From contig NC_068998.1 in the NCBI RefSeq assembly GCF_001194135.2, positions 44,674,183 to 44,735,681 of the forward strand: a stretch of 61,499 nucleotides of DNA. Reading direction: 5' to 3'. This stretch comes from Octopus bimaculoides (taxonomy: Eukaryota). The notes below the pieces were generated by a model. The model was not told where the DNA came from. It searched no databases and saw nothing but the letters and a program-made list of their open reading frames with translations. The position numbers and the translations under genes were made by a program. Below, piece after piece: positions 1 through 10,699 of this stretch (position 1 is its first letter; every line of letters starts with the position of its first letter).

Positions 1-450
1 AACATGGACGTTAGGGGCCGTGAATCATGGAGTCTGGTCTCGCTTATGGCTATGATTTCTAGTTTGTGTGACCTTGTCGTTTAGGAGGTACCCTTGTTTC
101 CAAGGAGACCCCAAGCCACGCGCATTTACACAACCAATCTTGAGCATAATTCTAATGTGAGTGTTAGAGTTTTAAGGAGAGTCACTTACCCTTCGAGAGT
201 TTTTGTCTCCTCCTTCGGGTTTTCTTCGAGGAAATCCTTGTACAGTTTTTTCGCCAGGTATTTTTGGCATTTGCCAACTGCCTTTGGAAAAATAGATTTT
301 AGTGTGTGGTGCAGGGTTGGTGTAATGTGTAGTATTTTGATGTTTTCTGGCGGTGTTGTGAACACTTCTGTAATCATATCTTTTTGTTATTGCTGCGTAG
401 CTTCAGTTCAGATCCACTGGGGCCAAGTCGACCTATTGCATGTACATGGT
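1..450 (-). mobile_element. Tx1/L1-clade non-LTR retrotransposon fragment spanning the ORF1 end and ORF2 (APE endonuclease) start
   Basis: Minus-strand ATG at 147 reads MLKIGCVNARGLGSPWKQGYLLND, then after a frameshift RSHKLEIIAISETRLHDSR, a typical L1/Tx1 endonuclease N-terminus. The upstream ORF at 186-377 would be the ORF1 C-terminus. Confidence 0.7.
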
Positions 451-586
451 TAGCAAACGCCTATGTGTGAACTACAGATCTATTATTCCATGTTTGCCTC
501 GCATTCACTTAGCTGGAAATCAGACTGGACACTCTCACATGCAGTGATTAATCATTAAGTTATTCAGTCAGAGTGAGTTTGCTTAC

Positions 587-878
587 ATCTCATTGTTGGA
601 GACTGATATTTGAAGGAAAGATTTAAAAGCTTTTATGTTATCTGTTACATTTAGACTGATAAGTTTATTCTTGGATAAATCTGCAAAGAACAGTGGTCTG
701 TTAAAGGTGAATTTCACTGAAGAAGGTCTTAAATTTAACAGTTGAAATGGTGTCAGTTTTATGACAGTACAGCTGAAACAAGCAGATGGTGAACTGAAAC
801 ATAAATCTAGGGTTTTAAAACTTGATAACCTCAGATAAGATTTAGATGACAGCAGCTCATCTCTAATGATATGGCCCA
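587..878 (-). CDS. Candidate coding exon with LRR-like motifs (unverified)
   Basis: Lies within a 102-codon open frame in AT-rich unique DNA. Donor GAGAT|GTAAGC at 586; possible acceptors at 680, 697 and 878. Motifs FADLSKNKLISL and FLQISVSNNE. A competing plus-strand model exists. Confidence 0.25.
655..706 (+). CDS. Candidate 52-nt exon (xLISLFLDKSAKNSGLLK), unverified
   Basis: Acceptor GCTTTTATGTTATCTGTTACATTTAG| and donor AAG|GTGAAT; only one frame is open and it is phase-compatible with 987-1012. Confidence 0.2.
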
Positions 879-986
879 CTGTAATTGTCACTTATTGTAT
901 ATTGAACCATGTTTAACATTTTAGAACAACAGGAAACAGAATGGAAATGTATAACTTCAAGTTACTTTCTTTTATGTTGTAAACAG

Positions 987-1012
987 GCTGAGAAAGTGCC
1001 TGCTCGATCCAA
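987..1012 (+). CDS. Candidate 26-nt microexon (AEKVPARS or xLRKCLLDP), unverified
   Basis: Acceptor TTACTTTCTTTTATGTTGTAAACAG| and donor CAA|GTAAGG in non-repeat DNA. Confidence 0.3.
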
Positions 1013-1049
1013 GTAAGGGAGCTATTACTATTAAACAAGTTTTATTGAT

Positions 1050-1648
1050 AGGCGCAGGCATAGCTGTGTGATAAGAAACTTGCTTCCCAACCACATGGTT
1101 CTGAGTTCACTCTCACTGCGTGGCACCTTGGGCAAGCATCTGCTAAAGCCTCGGACTGAGTGGATTTTGGTAGACAGAAACTGAAAGAAGGCGGTGAGCT
1201 GGCAGAAACGTTAGCATGCCAGGTGAAATGCTTAGCGGTATTTCATCTGCCGCTACATTCTGAGTTCAAATTTTGCCGAGGTCGACTTTGCCTTTCATCC
1301 TTTTGGGGTCGATAAATTAAGTACCAGTTACGCACTGGGGTCGATGTAATTGACTTAATCCCTTTGTATGTCCTTGTTTAGCCCCTTGTGGGCAATAAAG
1401 AAATAAGAAACTGAAAGAAGCTCATTGTATATGTGTGTGTGTGTTATCCCCCTCATCACTGCTTGGCATCTGGTGTCTGTGTGTTTACATTCCCATAACT
1501 TAGAATTTTGGCAAAAGAGACTGGGAGAATAAGTACTCGGCTTTAAAAATAAGTCCTGGGGTCGATTTTTTTCAACTAAAAACCATCCAAGGCAGTGCTC
1601 CAGCATGACCACAGTTAGATGGCTGAAACAAGTAAAAGAATAAGAGAA
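1050..1648 (+). mobile_element. Family A tRNA-derived CORE-like SINE, full length, interrupted by a B1 SINE
   Basis: Head AGGCGCAGGCATAGCTGTGTG, CORE-like GGCACCTTGGGCAAG, internal (TG)n and tail GCATGACCACAG...AAACAAGTAAAAGAATAAG; many copies in the window. Confidence 0.85.
1191..1406 (+). mobile_element. Family B1 SINE (Meta-domain-like) nested in family A
   Basis: GCGGTGAGCTGGCAGAA...GTTCAAAT...CCTTTCATCCTTTTGGGGTCGATAAATTAAGTACCAG...AATAAAGAAATAAG; flanked by a GAAACTGAAAGAAG duplication (1177-1190 and 1407-1420). Confidence 0.9.
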
Positions 1649-1728
1649 ATGAATGTATTTGTGTGCATGTGTATGCTTATGAATGTGTACACATTCAAAA
1701 TTGAGCCTTGTCTCCATCAGTTTGCTAC

Positions 1729-1998
1729 CATGGGCCCGGGAATAGGGGGCGCAAGAGGTGCAAGTGCACCTCCTAAAATATTTCAGGGGTACAAAATCAA
1801 AATTTGCACCCCCTACTAACTTTTCTCAGGGTTAGAAAACTGTGTAAAAAGTGATCTGTAAAAAGTCACTTGAAGTTAGGTTTCTTCTCAAAGAACAAGG
1901 TACAAAAATAAATAAATAAAAATACAATAAAACCTTGTTTGCCAAAAATTTTGGACCTGGATTTTCACCTGCTGAACAAATTTCTTCCTCAGCCAGTG
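1729..1998. mobile_element. Possible decayed hAT-like MITE
   Basis: Start CATGGGCCCGGGAATAGGGGG and end TTCCTCAGCCAGTG form weakly complementary termini. Confidence 0.25.
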
Positions 1999-2075
1999 CT
2001 TGCTACAACAATTTTTCCTGTTTCTGTACCTCAGGGTAACTGAAGAATATATTCGATGCAACAAATAGAACTTTA

Positions 2076-2179
2076 GCTATAGTAGAAGACACTTGCCCAA
2101 GGTGCCACGCAGTGGGACTGAACCTGGAACCATGTGGTTGGTAAGCAAGCTACTTACCACACAGCCACTCCTGTGCCTA
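2076..2179 (-). mobile_element. Family A SINE, 5' part
   Basis: Reverse complement of the family A head and CORE-like region. Confidence 0.85.
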
Positions 2180-2183
2180 GTTA

Positions 2184-2338
2184 TGATTTATTCAACATAT
2201 TCCCCTATCAGATTCACACACTTATTGCAATGGTCACTCAATTTTTCTAAGCCCTGTAAAAGAACTCAGAAGGTTGGGCTGCCAACCAGGTCTTTCGCAA
2301 TACCGTTAAAACCAGGAACATTTCAGTACCCCTTTGTA
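2184..2338 (-). mobile_element. Mariner-derived MITE fragment
   Basis: Homologous to 37205-37362; carries TIR CCAGGAACATTTCAGTACCCCTTTGTA and the mariner C-terminal coding remnant. Confidence 0.7.
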
Positions 2339-3619
2339 AATTTCCATTAGTTTTATTTCCAATGGTCATCAACTGTCCTTTTCCTGATGGGATTCAAACA
2401 AGGGCCCTTTCTTTCCAAACTAAAGGTAATAATGTACACACACCAGTTATGGATTATAATTAAGTCTGGGACTTGAAAAGGAGGAGACAATACGGTTAAG
2501 GAAAGAACATAAAAAGGAGAGACAAGAATGTTGGGTGGACTTTATGCTGCTCCATGGAACTGCAAGTATTTAGTTCCAAGGAGTAGCAGACATTGTAGTA
2601 ATGGCGAGAAAGAGTAGAGACAGTCGACACACAGAACAAAGTATGAAGTATATTTGTGTGGGGCTGAAGAATTACTGTCTTCCACTGAAATTTTTCTGGC
2701 AGACATTGATTCATGGATGCCTATGTTGAATATTAACTACATCAGTCTCACCAGTAGTCTCACTGGGATTGTGAAGGTCATGGACCCAAGTTTTTTTCAC
2801 TTGAGTAAACCATAACAAAACAGGTAGTTATAAACAGGTATATATAATCAATTGCAGGATGATTGACTTCTGTACAGATTAAATAGAAGGAACAGAGAGA
2901 CAGAACGCAAACTATTTTATTATTAGCCACAAGGCTAACACTTCTAATGAGATGCTCCTTCACATCTTGAAGAATTTTGTCAAAAAAAAAAAATAATAAA
3001 ACCCTGAAGAAATTTTAAAATAGTTAAAACCAGATAAAACTCCTCCAAATAAACGGAACTTTCCTCAATTTACTTTCCTTAAATTTAAGAAAAGCTGAGA
3101 GATTTTTCATTCTAAAACTGATTTATATGCGTATGAATGTGTAATGAGTGTGTCTGTTTAAAATTCATTTCATTAATTTATTTTTTCTTTGTTTATTTTT
3201 ATTCATTTTTTTTTTTCATATACTTTAACCATTATTTAATGAATTGCAGGTGAAAAGTGATTTGCTAAAATGATGACAAAGTTAGAAATTTAAACCAATT
3301 AAAAGTGAATTGATTTAATGTTCTCATCTAGTACATCCGATAAGTTTCTTAGCAGTGCTTTTAAAATATTCCATTGACATTTCAATGACATTTCTCTAAA
3401 TGTAAAGATCATTTGTATTTTCAGGGAGGGTAGAGGCAGCAGGTGACAATAAGAAGATAAATATTCAAAATACTAATACTAAACTATGAACTATTACCCA
3501 CTTTTCCATTGACGTCTTTTTGAAGTTGATTATTTATTATTATTATTGTTAATCAATGAATTAAGTACTAGTCAAGTATTTGATTTGATTACCTCATCTA
3601 AAATTCTTCACCTAAATTC

Positions 3620-3860
3620 ATGGCTTTTGATTTCAAATTCCACCAGGGTCGACCCTGCTTTTTATCCTTTCAGGGTCAGTAAAATAAGTATCAGTCAAGC
3701 ATTGGGGTTGATGTAATTGACTAGTCCCCTCTCCTGAAATCTTAGGCTTTGTGACAATAGTAGAAAAGTTTATCATTATTATTATTAAAGCAGTGAATAC
3801 AGCAAGCTGGCAGAATTATTTGCACGCCAACATTTTTACATTCCACTGGGGTCGACTTTA
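3620..3860 (+). mobile_element. Family B2 SINE followed by a second partial B copy
   Basis: Meta-like core, B2 tail GACTAGTCCCCTCTCC...AGTAGAAAAG(ATT)n, then AGCTGGCAGAAT. Confidence 0.75.
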
Positions 3861-4285
3861 CATTTTCTATCTTATTTAGAGTGTGATTTCTATCTTATTT
3901 AGGGTGTGATTTGAGGAGAATTTGGCTACTATTTCTAACAGACCATGTGACATGTAAAAGCTCCTTTCTTGACTTGCGCCCCCTCTCTCTTTCTCTCTCA
4001 AGACCAATTCTCATTCCTGGTGTCAGTTTTCATACTTCAAATAAATAAATCAGGCATTCAACATAATTTATTCTTAAATGAATATACATTATAAGCAAGT
4101 ATGTAAACAGTGTCATGCCACCATCAAAACTTACCACCACTTCCTTCACCTCAGCACATCTCAGAGGGCATCTTTGACACCAGCAGCAAGGGAATCAACA
4201 AAACTAAATTACGTACATATGCATATCCATTTATCCATACATACATACATACATACATACATTGTACTACACCATACTTGCATGC

Positions 4286-4325
<40 letters not shown>

Positions 4326-4535
4326 CGTGAGAGAGTTAGGGGTTGGGGGTACAACCCACTAAGGGATAGTATCTATCCAGTATACTGCTGGGAGGGTACC
4401 CAATTATTGCTACGGGCATGTAACCCCATTTCAAAATGTCATCCGATAATCACTCCGGAAAGGAATATTCGGATAGAATGGGGTCTGCCAAAACTAGGCC
4501 GTAACAGCTGTAAGATTAAACTTCTGTTCATCCTC

Positions 4536-5209
4536 NNNNNNNNNNNNNNNNNNNNNNNNNNNNNNNNNNNNNNNNNNNNNNNNNNNNNNNNNNNNNNNNN
4601 NNNNNNNNNNNNNNNNNNNNNNNNNNNNNNNNNNNNNNNNNNNNNNNNNNNNNNNNNNNNNNNNNNNNNNNNNNNNNNNNNNNNNNNNNNNNNNNNNNNN
4701 NNNNNNNNNNNNNNNNNNNNNNNNNNNNNNNNNNNNNNNNNNNNNNNNNNNNNNNNNNNNNNNNNNNNNNNNNNNNNNNNNNNNNNNNNNNNNNNNNNNN
4801 NNNNNNNNNNNNNNNNNNNNNNNNNNNNNNNNNNNNNNNNNNNNNNNNNNNNNNNNNNNNNNNNNNNNNNNNNNNNNNNNNNNNNNNNNNNNNNNNNNNN
4901 NNNNNNNNNNNNNNNNNNNNNNNNNNNNNNNNNNNNNNNNNNNNNNNNNNNNNNNNNNNNNNNNNNNNNNNNNNNNNNNNNNNNNNNNNNNNNNNNNNNN
5001 NNNNNNNNNNNNNNNNNNNNNNNNNNNNNNNNNNNNNNNNNNNNNNNNNNNNNNNNNNNNNNNNNNNNNNNNNNNNNNNNNNNNNNNNNNNNNNNNNNNN
5101 NNNNNNNNNNNNNNNNNNNNNNNNNNNNNNNNNNNNNNNNNNNNNNNNNNNNNNNNNNNNNNNNNNNNNNNNNNNNNNNNNNNNNNNNNNNNNNNNNNNN
5201 NNNNNNNNN
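4536..5209. other. Assembly gap (N-run); other gaps at 44480-44650, 47440-47567, 51587-51595, 52018-52301, 54098-54940, 57647-57871 and 58709-58903
   Basis: Runs of n, most bordered by (TA)n on one or both sides. Confidence 1.
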
Positions 5210-5239
<30 letters not shown>

Positions 5240-5241
<2 letters not shown>

Positions 5242-5385
5242 GCTTCTTTCAGTTTCTGTCTTCAAAATTCACTCACAAGGCTTTGGACAGCCCAAGGCTA
5301 TAGTAGGAGCCACTTGCCCAAGGTGCCACACAACGGGACTGAACCCGGAACCATGTGGTTGGGAAGCAGGCTTCTTACCACATAT
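5240..5385 (-). mobile_element. Family A SINE, 5' part
   Basis: CACTTGCCCAAGGTGCCACACAACGGGACTGAACCCGGAACCATGTGGTTGG. Confidence 0.85.
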
Positions 5386-5730
5386 GTTTCTTATACTGTC
5401 TACATGGATAACAGGCAGTGCAGAACAATTTATAAAGAAAACACATGGTTCTCTATACAACAAAAAAACCCAGACATTCCTTGATAACATCAGTGGTGCC
5501 AGTACAGCTGGAGGGAGCTGACAATGTTGGAAGGTGCCAATATCATTGTGATCTTCAGTCCAACAGCTGATAAACTAAATGCCCCACAGTGCAAGTTGTT
5601 TGTAAAGTATAGATTAATAATAAATATCTGTATTTCTCTCAGCTTGTATGCGTTTATGTAAATATGAATGTATTTATATTTATATATCACATGTACATGT
5701 TATATATAGTAAATATATGTAACATCACTA

Positions 5731-5774
<44 letters not shown>

Positions 5775-5784
5775 ATTCATATAT

Positions 5785-5918
5785 CATCATCATCATCAAC
5801 ATTTAAGTTCTTTTTTCCATGCTAGCATTGGTTGGATGGCTTGACAGGAACTGGCAAGGCCAGGGACCACACCAGGTTTCATGGTCTGTTATGGCTTGGT
5901 TTCTACAGTTGGATGCCC
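5785..5918 (-). mobile_element. Family C SINE, 3' part
   Basis: (CAT)n then TTTCCATGCTAGCATTGGTTGGATGG...GGATGCCC. Confidence 0.75.
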
Positions 5919-5954
5919 TATATATATGTGTATATATATATATATATATACATA

Positions 5955-6163
5955 CAGGGTGGCCCAAAAGTAGGTTTACAGTTATTTAACCATCTCTTTT
6001 TCATTAATATATTAAGTTTAGATCTTCATTATACGATGTATGAAACCATTACTCTATGCTAATTTAGTTAATTATAAGATAGAAATTTAAATGTAATAAC
6101 TTGTTTTAAAAGAAATTTATAGCACCTACGTGATAACTGTAAACCTACTTTTGGGCCACCCTG
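5955..6163. mobile_element. Tc1/mariner-type MITE, 209 bp
   Basis: Perfect 31-bp TIR CAGGGTGGCCCAAAAGTAGGTTTACAGTTAT with TA on both flanks. Confidence 0.95.
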
Positions 6164-6329
6164 TATATATAAAAAAATACATACACACATACACATACTT
6201 ATATACATGCATATTTACACATGTATTTGCATTACTTCTGAATGCACAAACATATATATGTATATATGTACATAGCAGTAACAAAACAAATTTTAAAGAA
6301 CTTATAGAATATATACTAAAATACTATAC

Positions 6330-6365
<36 letters not shown>

Positions 6366-6458
6366 TTGCTTACAGGAAGTTCAACTGGGGCCAGGACTGA
6401 TATAACCTATAAATACAAGGAAATTACATTCTCCTTAACGTTGATAGTATGCATGGAT

Positions 6459-6504
<46 letters not shown>

Positions 6505-6729
6505 TGTGTGTGTGGTGTGTGTTTAGTTTGGTGTATAAGAGTAGCTTAAATGTAGGTAACACCACAAGAAATCTGAGAATTGCATATCAAACATGTAAAT
6601 ATTTTGTTAACTTCCCACAGTCTTGAAATTCAATGTCAGACACACTTAACCACATTAAGGGGGGAAAAAGCAGATAAATATATATATGTGCGTGTGTGCA
6701 TGTGCACGTTTGCACGTATAATATTATGT

Positions 6730-6737
6730 GTGTGTAA

Positions 6738-6828
<91 letters not shown>

Positions 6829-6830
6829 CT
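6730..6830. repeat. Long (TA)n microsatellite; similar (TA)n, (CA)n, (GATA)n and (TACA)n tracts throughout (e.g. 7280-7360, 19510-19740, 26395-26960, 45580-45790, 48180-48450, 59380-59600)
   Basis: Directly visible perfect and compound microsatellites. Confidence 0.95.
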
Positions 6831-7275
6831 TGTGTGTATGTATTTATGCATGTATCTATCTATAATCATGTTTATATATCTATCCATTTATTTGTCTTTA
6901 TTTGTAGCTGTGTGCATGTGACTGTGTGCATTTATGTGTATGTCTATATACATGGGTTTAGCTAGTATTCAAGTATGTATCCTACCATACACATGCCAAG
7001 CAGTGTTTATGTGTTTATACATTTCACCTATGTGGGTGTATGATTTTATTGTAGGCTGCATGTATAGAGAAATGTCTGTCTGTCTGTCTGTATGTATGTA
7101 TGTATGTACCTGAACACATACATATAAAAACTTGTACTTTGTCATTGCACATGTAGATCTGTAATTTTTGTCTTCTGTATATGTATATACGCACAATTTT
7201 CTATGTCTACATTTGAGTATATACACTTATTACTGGTTAAATTCTTCTGTGTCTGTATACACATACATTCAAGTA

Positions 7276-7323
<48 letters not shown>

Positions 7324-7910
7324 TAGATAGATAGATAGATAGATATAGATATAGATATATATGTTTGTATGTGTGTATGTGTGTTAATGCATATTGATAT
7401 AAAACAAAGAAACTAGAGCCATCTCTAGAACATAGACAGTTGCTAAGAAGATTTCTATCACAGAAGCAGCTTATATAAATAGAGCTTTGCACTTGACTTG
7501 TTCCGTAATATCTTTGTTGTGCTGAAACATATGCCAGTGGGTGTATATAGTTTGGCACTTGCATTCACCCTCAATTTCTCACCCGGGCCATATGGTGCTA
7601 ACAATACATCAGATAATATCCATGATAATAACATACATGTTTGTATCATGTCTCTTCTCCCCCACTCTTCTACCTCTCTCTGTCAAGGCAGAGTGCAAAT
7701 ATATATTTATTTACTACTTGCGATATCATACGATTTATATAACACGTATTTACTTTAGTTTTGGCTGGTTTTTTAAAAATTTTATATCCAATTTGTTTCC
7801 TTTTTTAACTTTTGAGAAACCTGGATACATGTGTGTTTTTGAGTATGTATGCTATTCATGTGTGATTGTATGTTTTTATATATGTGTATGTATGTATGTG
7901 TGATACATAA

Positions 7911-8462
7911 AGGCACATGGCTCTGTGGTCAGAGCGTCAGGCTCACAATCATGACATACTGAGTTCAATTCCCAGACTGGGCTATGTATTGTGTTCTTGA
8001 GCAAGACACTCATGTTGGTGCCACATTAAAAGTGCTGGTGCCTCATAAAAAGCACTGATGATGGTGTCACATAAAAAGCACCCATGTTGGTGCCACATTA
8101 AAAGCACTGATGCTGGTGCCACATTAAAAGCACTGATACTGGTGCCACATTAAAAGCGCTGATACTGGTTCCACATTAAAAGCACTGATGCTGGTGCCAC
8201 ATAAAAAGCACTGATGCTGGTGCCACATAAAATGCACTCATGCTTGTCCCACATGAAAGGCACTTGAACTGGTGCCATATAAAATGCACGTAGTACACAT
8301 TGTTACATAGTGGTTGACATTAGGAAGGGCATCCAGCCATAGAAACCATATCAGAAAAGACAGTGGAGCCCAGTGCAGCCCCCAACCTTACCAGCTCTGG
8401 TCAAACCATCCAACCCATGCCAGCAAGGAAAGCAAATGTTAAATGACGATGATTACGATGAT
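7911..8462 (+). mobile_element. Composite SINE: tRNA head and partial CORE, then a 26-nt array, then a family C body and (GAT)n tail
   Basis: AGGCACATGGCTCTGTGG...GAGTTCAATTCCC...TTCTTGAGCAAGACAC, the array, TAGGAAGGGCATCCAGCCATAGAAACC, and AACCCATGCCAGCAAGGAAAGCAAATGTTAAATGACGATG. Confidence 0.85.
8012..8291 (+). repeat. Minisatellite of 11 units, consensus ATGCTGGTGCCACATWAAAAGCACTG (26 nt; one 20-nt unit)
   Basis: Units counted directly; no unique spacers. Confidence 0.95.
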
Positions 8463-8889
8463 GTTTCATGAAGACTCTTTTGTGGATTTCATGCTTCCCG
8501 ACCCTTCTGGAAATGGTCACTCACCACTGCTATAGAATCAAATGGTTCAGTGTTTCACGTGAGTACTGCACCGAGGTACCAATGTTCAGGCCTGCCATGA
8601 AGCAAAGAGAATAAAAAAAAAATTCCAAAGTAAATAAATAAATCTAACGTTCTTTTTTATTTTGTCTCCATTATTACTTCTTTCCTAATCAGATTTCTGA
8701 TTAATGAAATTATTCCAAGTCAATTAATTGTCATTTTATAAATAGAAGCTATTATGTTATTAATCTGAGATCCACAGAGTAACAACTAAACTTTATTGAA
8801 TTGCTTGATGACATTTACAGTGTGTTGGCTGAGGTCACAACACAAAAACCGGTGTCATATTGTGAATTGTTGTTGTTGTTGTTGTTGCT

Positions 8890-9080
8890 TTGTTTCAAGT
8901 CAATTCTAATTAAGTAGACCTATAATCAGCATCATATCAACCATGACCATCCTCACTTTCTGTATATCCAGAATTACACTGAGCAGTGTTTCCCTAAGTT
9001 TTTAATTCAGTGGTGTGGAAATTGAGCTAAATTTGACTGCTATTCTTAGCATATCAAGCAACTGTGTAGAAGTAGGTTGG
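8890..9080 (+). mobile_element. Unclassified dispersed repeat (family F); related pieces at about 3890-3975, 23800-23890, 36690-36850, 39900-40115, 42610-42660 and 56735-56775 (-)
   Basis: Shared motifs ACCATGACCATC and GTGTGATTTGAGG...TTTGGCTGCTATTTCTAGCA. Confidence 0.6.
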
Positions 9081-9559
9081 TTGGCTTAGTTAATCATAGA
9101 TTTTTAATGAGGTTCCCAGCATTTGGGAAGTGGGAGTCTCCACTTGATCAATTGACTTGCTAGAGATGGCCACCAAATCACACTCTGCCAGCTCAGAGAA
9201 AGGAAGGACACATTGAGTAATGTATCCGTAGATTCATTATGCCTCAAAAACAGAGTATAATCAAAGCTGGAATGCCTTTCATCACAGATCTTCTTAATCT
9301 GGACTGATCTGGAGATAAAGAACACCAACGACTTTATCAAAGTTAATTTCCAATTAGCTCTCTTTTTTTTTTTTTCTCATACTGTAAAGTTGGTGTGGCA
9401 CAGAGTAAAGAGGCAACTGATGATTTAGGACAGAGCCTTTACCAGATGGACAAAATATTAAATTTTTTGTCTTTCTAAGATCAAGAAACAGTCCCAAACC
9501 TCAGATCCCTCAACTGTCCATACTCTACAATGTTATTCGATACCCACAACTCTTACATC

Positions 9560-9985
9560 TTCTTAGGAGGGTCACTGGGATAAAGTTCCCATGCACCTCT
9601 TCCATAAGGTCCTTCAAAAGCAGCCACTGTTAAATTTTGTGGTTCGATTTACAAGTGCAGCCAACTGTGTTTATCGATATTACCCAACCATTTATTCTTG
9701 GTCTAACCCTAAGCCACCTGCCCGTTTGCTTGGCTTAAGGAATCCATCTTACAATTCTTTCTGGCAACATTGCAACCACATGTCTGTAGCTCCAGAGCTG
9801 TAGCTTCTCCAGGCAGTGATATAGTAACTTAATTTGGAGAGATTCCTTCAGACTTGAGCTATGCACCCTGTTAATATTGACATTACTGCAGAAATCCTCC
9901 CAAGGAACCCCATTTCTGCCACTTTTAGTCATCGGTGTATTCTTTCAATAATTAACCAATAAAGTACAAATTACCCAATACCACA
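9560..9985 (-). mobile_element. RTE/RTEX (Rex3/Expander-like) LINE, decayed 3' end
   Basis: Frameshifted translation LKVAEMGFLGRIS...ESLQIKLLYHCLEKLQLWSYRHVVAMLPERIVR...GLDQE matches the RTE C-terminal pattern (AEMRFLRRI...LRWFGHVVRMPPER). Confidence 0.7.
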
Positions 9986-10111
9986 TGTATCAATGTACGA
10001 TTTTTGCCAAAGCAGACTTCAACTGGTTTAAGGATCTAAGAAACAATTTCTTTTTTGTCTTAATATTTGCTGTGATACTTATGTTCCATGTTGATCTTCA
10101 GTTTATATATT

Positions 10112-10183
10112 CTGTTTATTTTCTTTTACTTTCAGGTGAGTGAAACATTTATTTTTTACCAAACATTTTGGTGAAACTGCTGA
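10112..10183 (+). other. Candidate recursive splice site (CAG|GTGAGT) with a 48-nt RS-exon
   Basis: CTGTTTATTTTCTTTTACTTTCAG|GTGAGT at 10135/10136; downstream donor GA|GTAAGC at 10184; stop codons in all 3 frames. Confidence 0.45.
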
Positions 10184-10699
10184 GTAAGCCAGGTTTGACA
10201 TATTTGATTTTTTAAACTTAAAATAACAATTCCTTCAAAATATAACACAGAGAGTGTCAGCCTATTGGCTGAAGGGTCATCATTTTTGTATATTGCCACA
10301 AGTGGTCAGTTACCTATCAAAAGTAGCTTAGAAATTTTCTCTGTTAAGTCTTAAGGTTAAGTTTTCTGATCATAAAAAGTTAAACAATTGAGTCAGTTTA
10401 GGAGGGTGGATCAGAAGTTATGGTTTTACCTTTTTTTATTCTACATAACAATTGGTGAATAATAAAACAATTGCTTAGAATGGGGTTTCTGTAAGCTGTA
10501 GCAAAACAGATATCTCAAGAGAATTTGTAAAGCTCTCATTTTTATTTCTGTTACTTGTTAATAATTACATCCTTCGCATACACATGTGCACACACATACA
10601 CACTCAGATATCGCTTTTGTACAGACTTGACCAACTGAATCCCACTCAAATGCATTAGTCAAATTAGCAGTTATGGTGAATGATACTTGCCAAAATGCC

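Noticed and set aside
185-377. Minus-strand exon ending at GTAAGT
   Set aside because: Better explained as the end of Tx1 ORF1 just upstream of the ORF2 ATG.
4330-4535. GC-richer unique segment before a gap
   Set aside because: No ORF, terminal repeat or motif that I can assign; truncated by Ns.
4407-5303. Long ORFs containing X runs (also 44252, 47246, 51894, 54027-55034, 57533, 58611)
   Set aside because: They are open only because they cross N-gaps.
8012-8291. CRISPR-like array
   Set aside because: Units are directly adjacent with no unique spacers, lie inside a eukaryotic SINE, and no cas genes are present.
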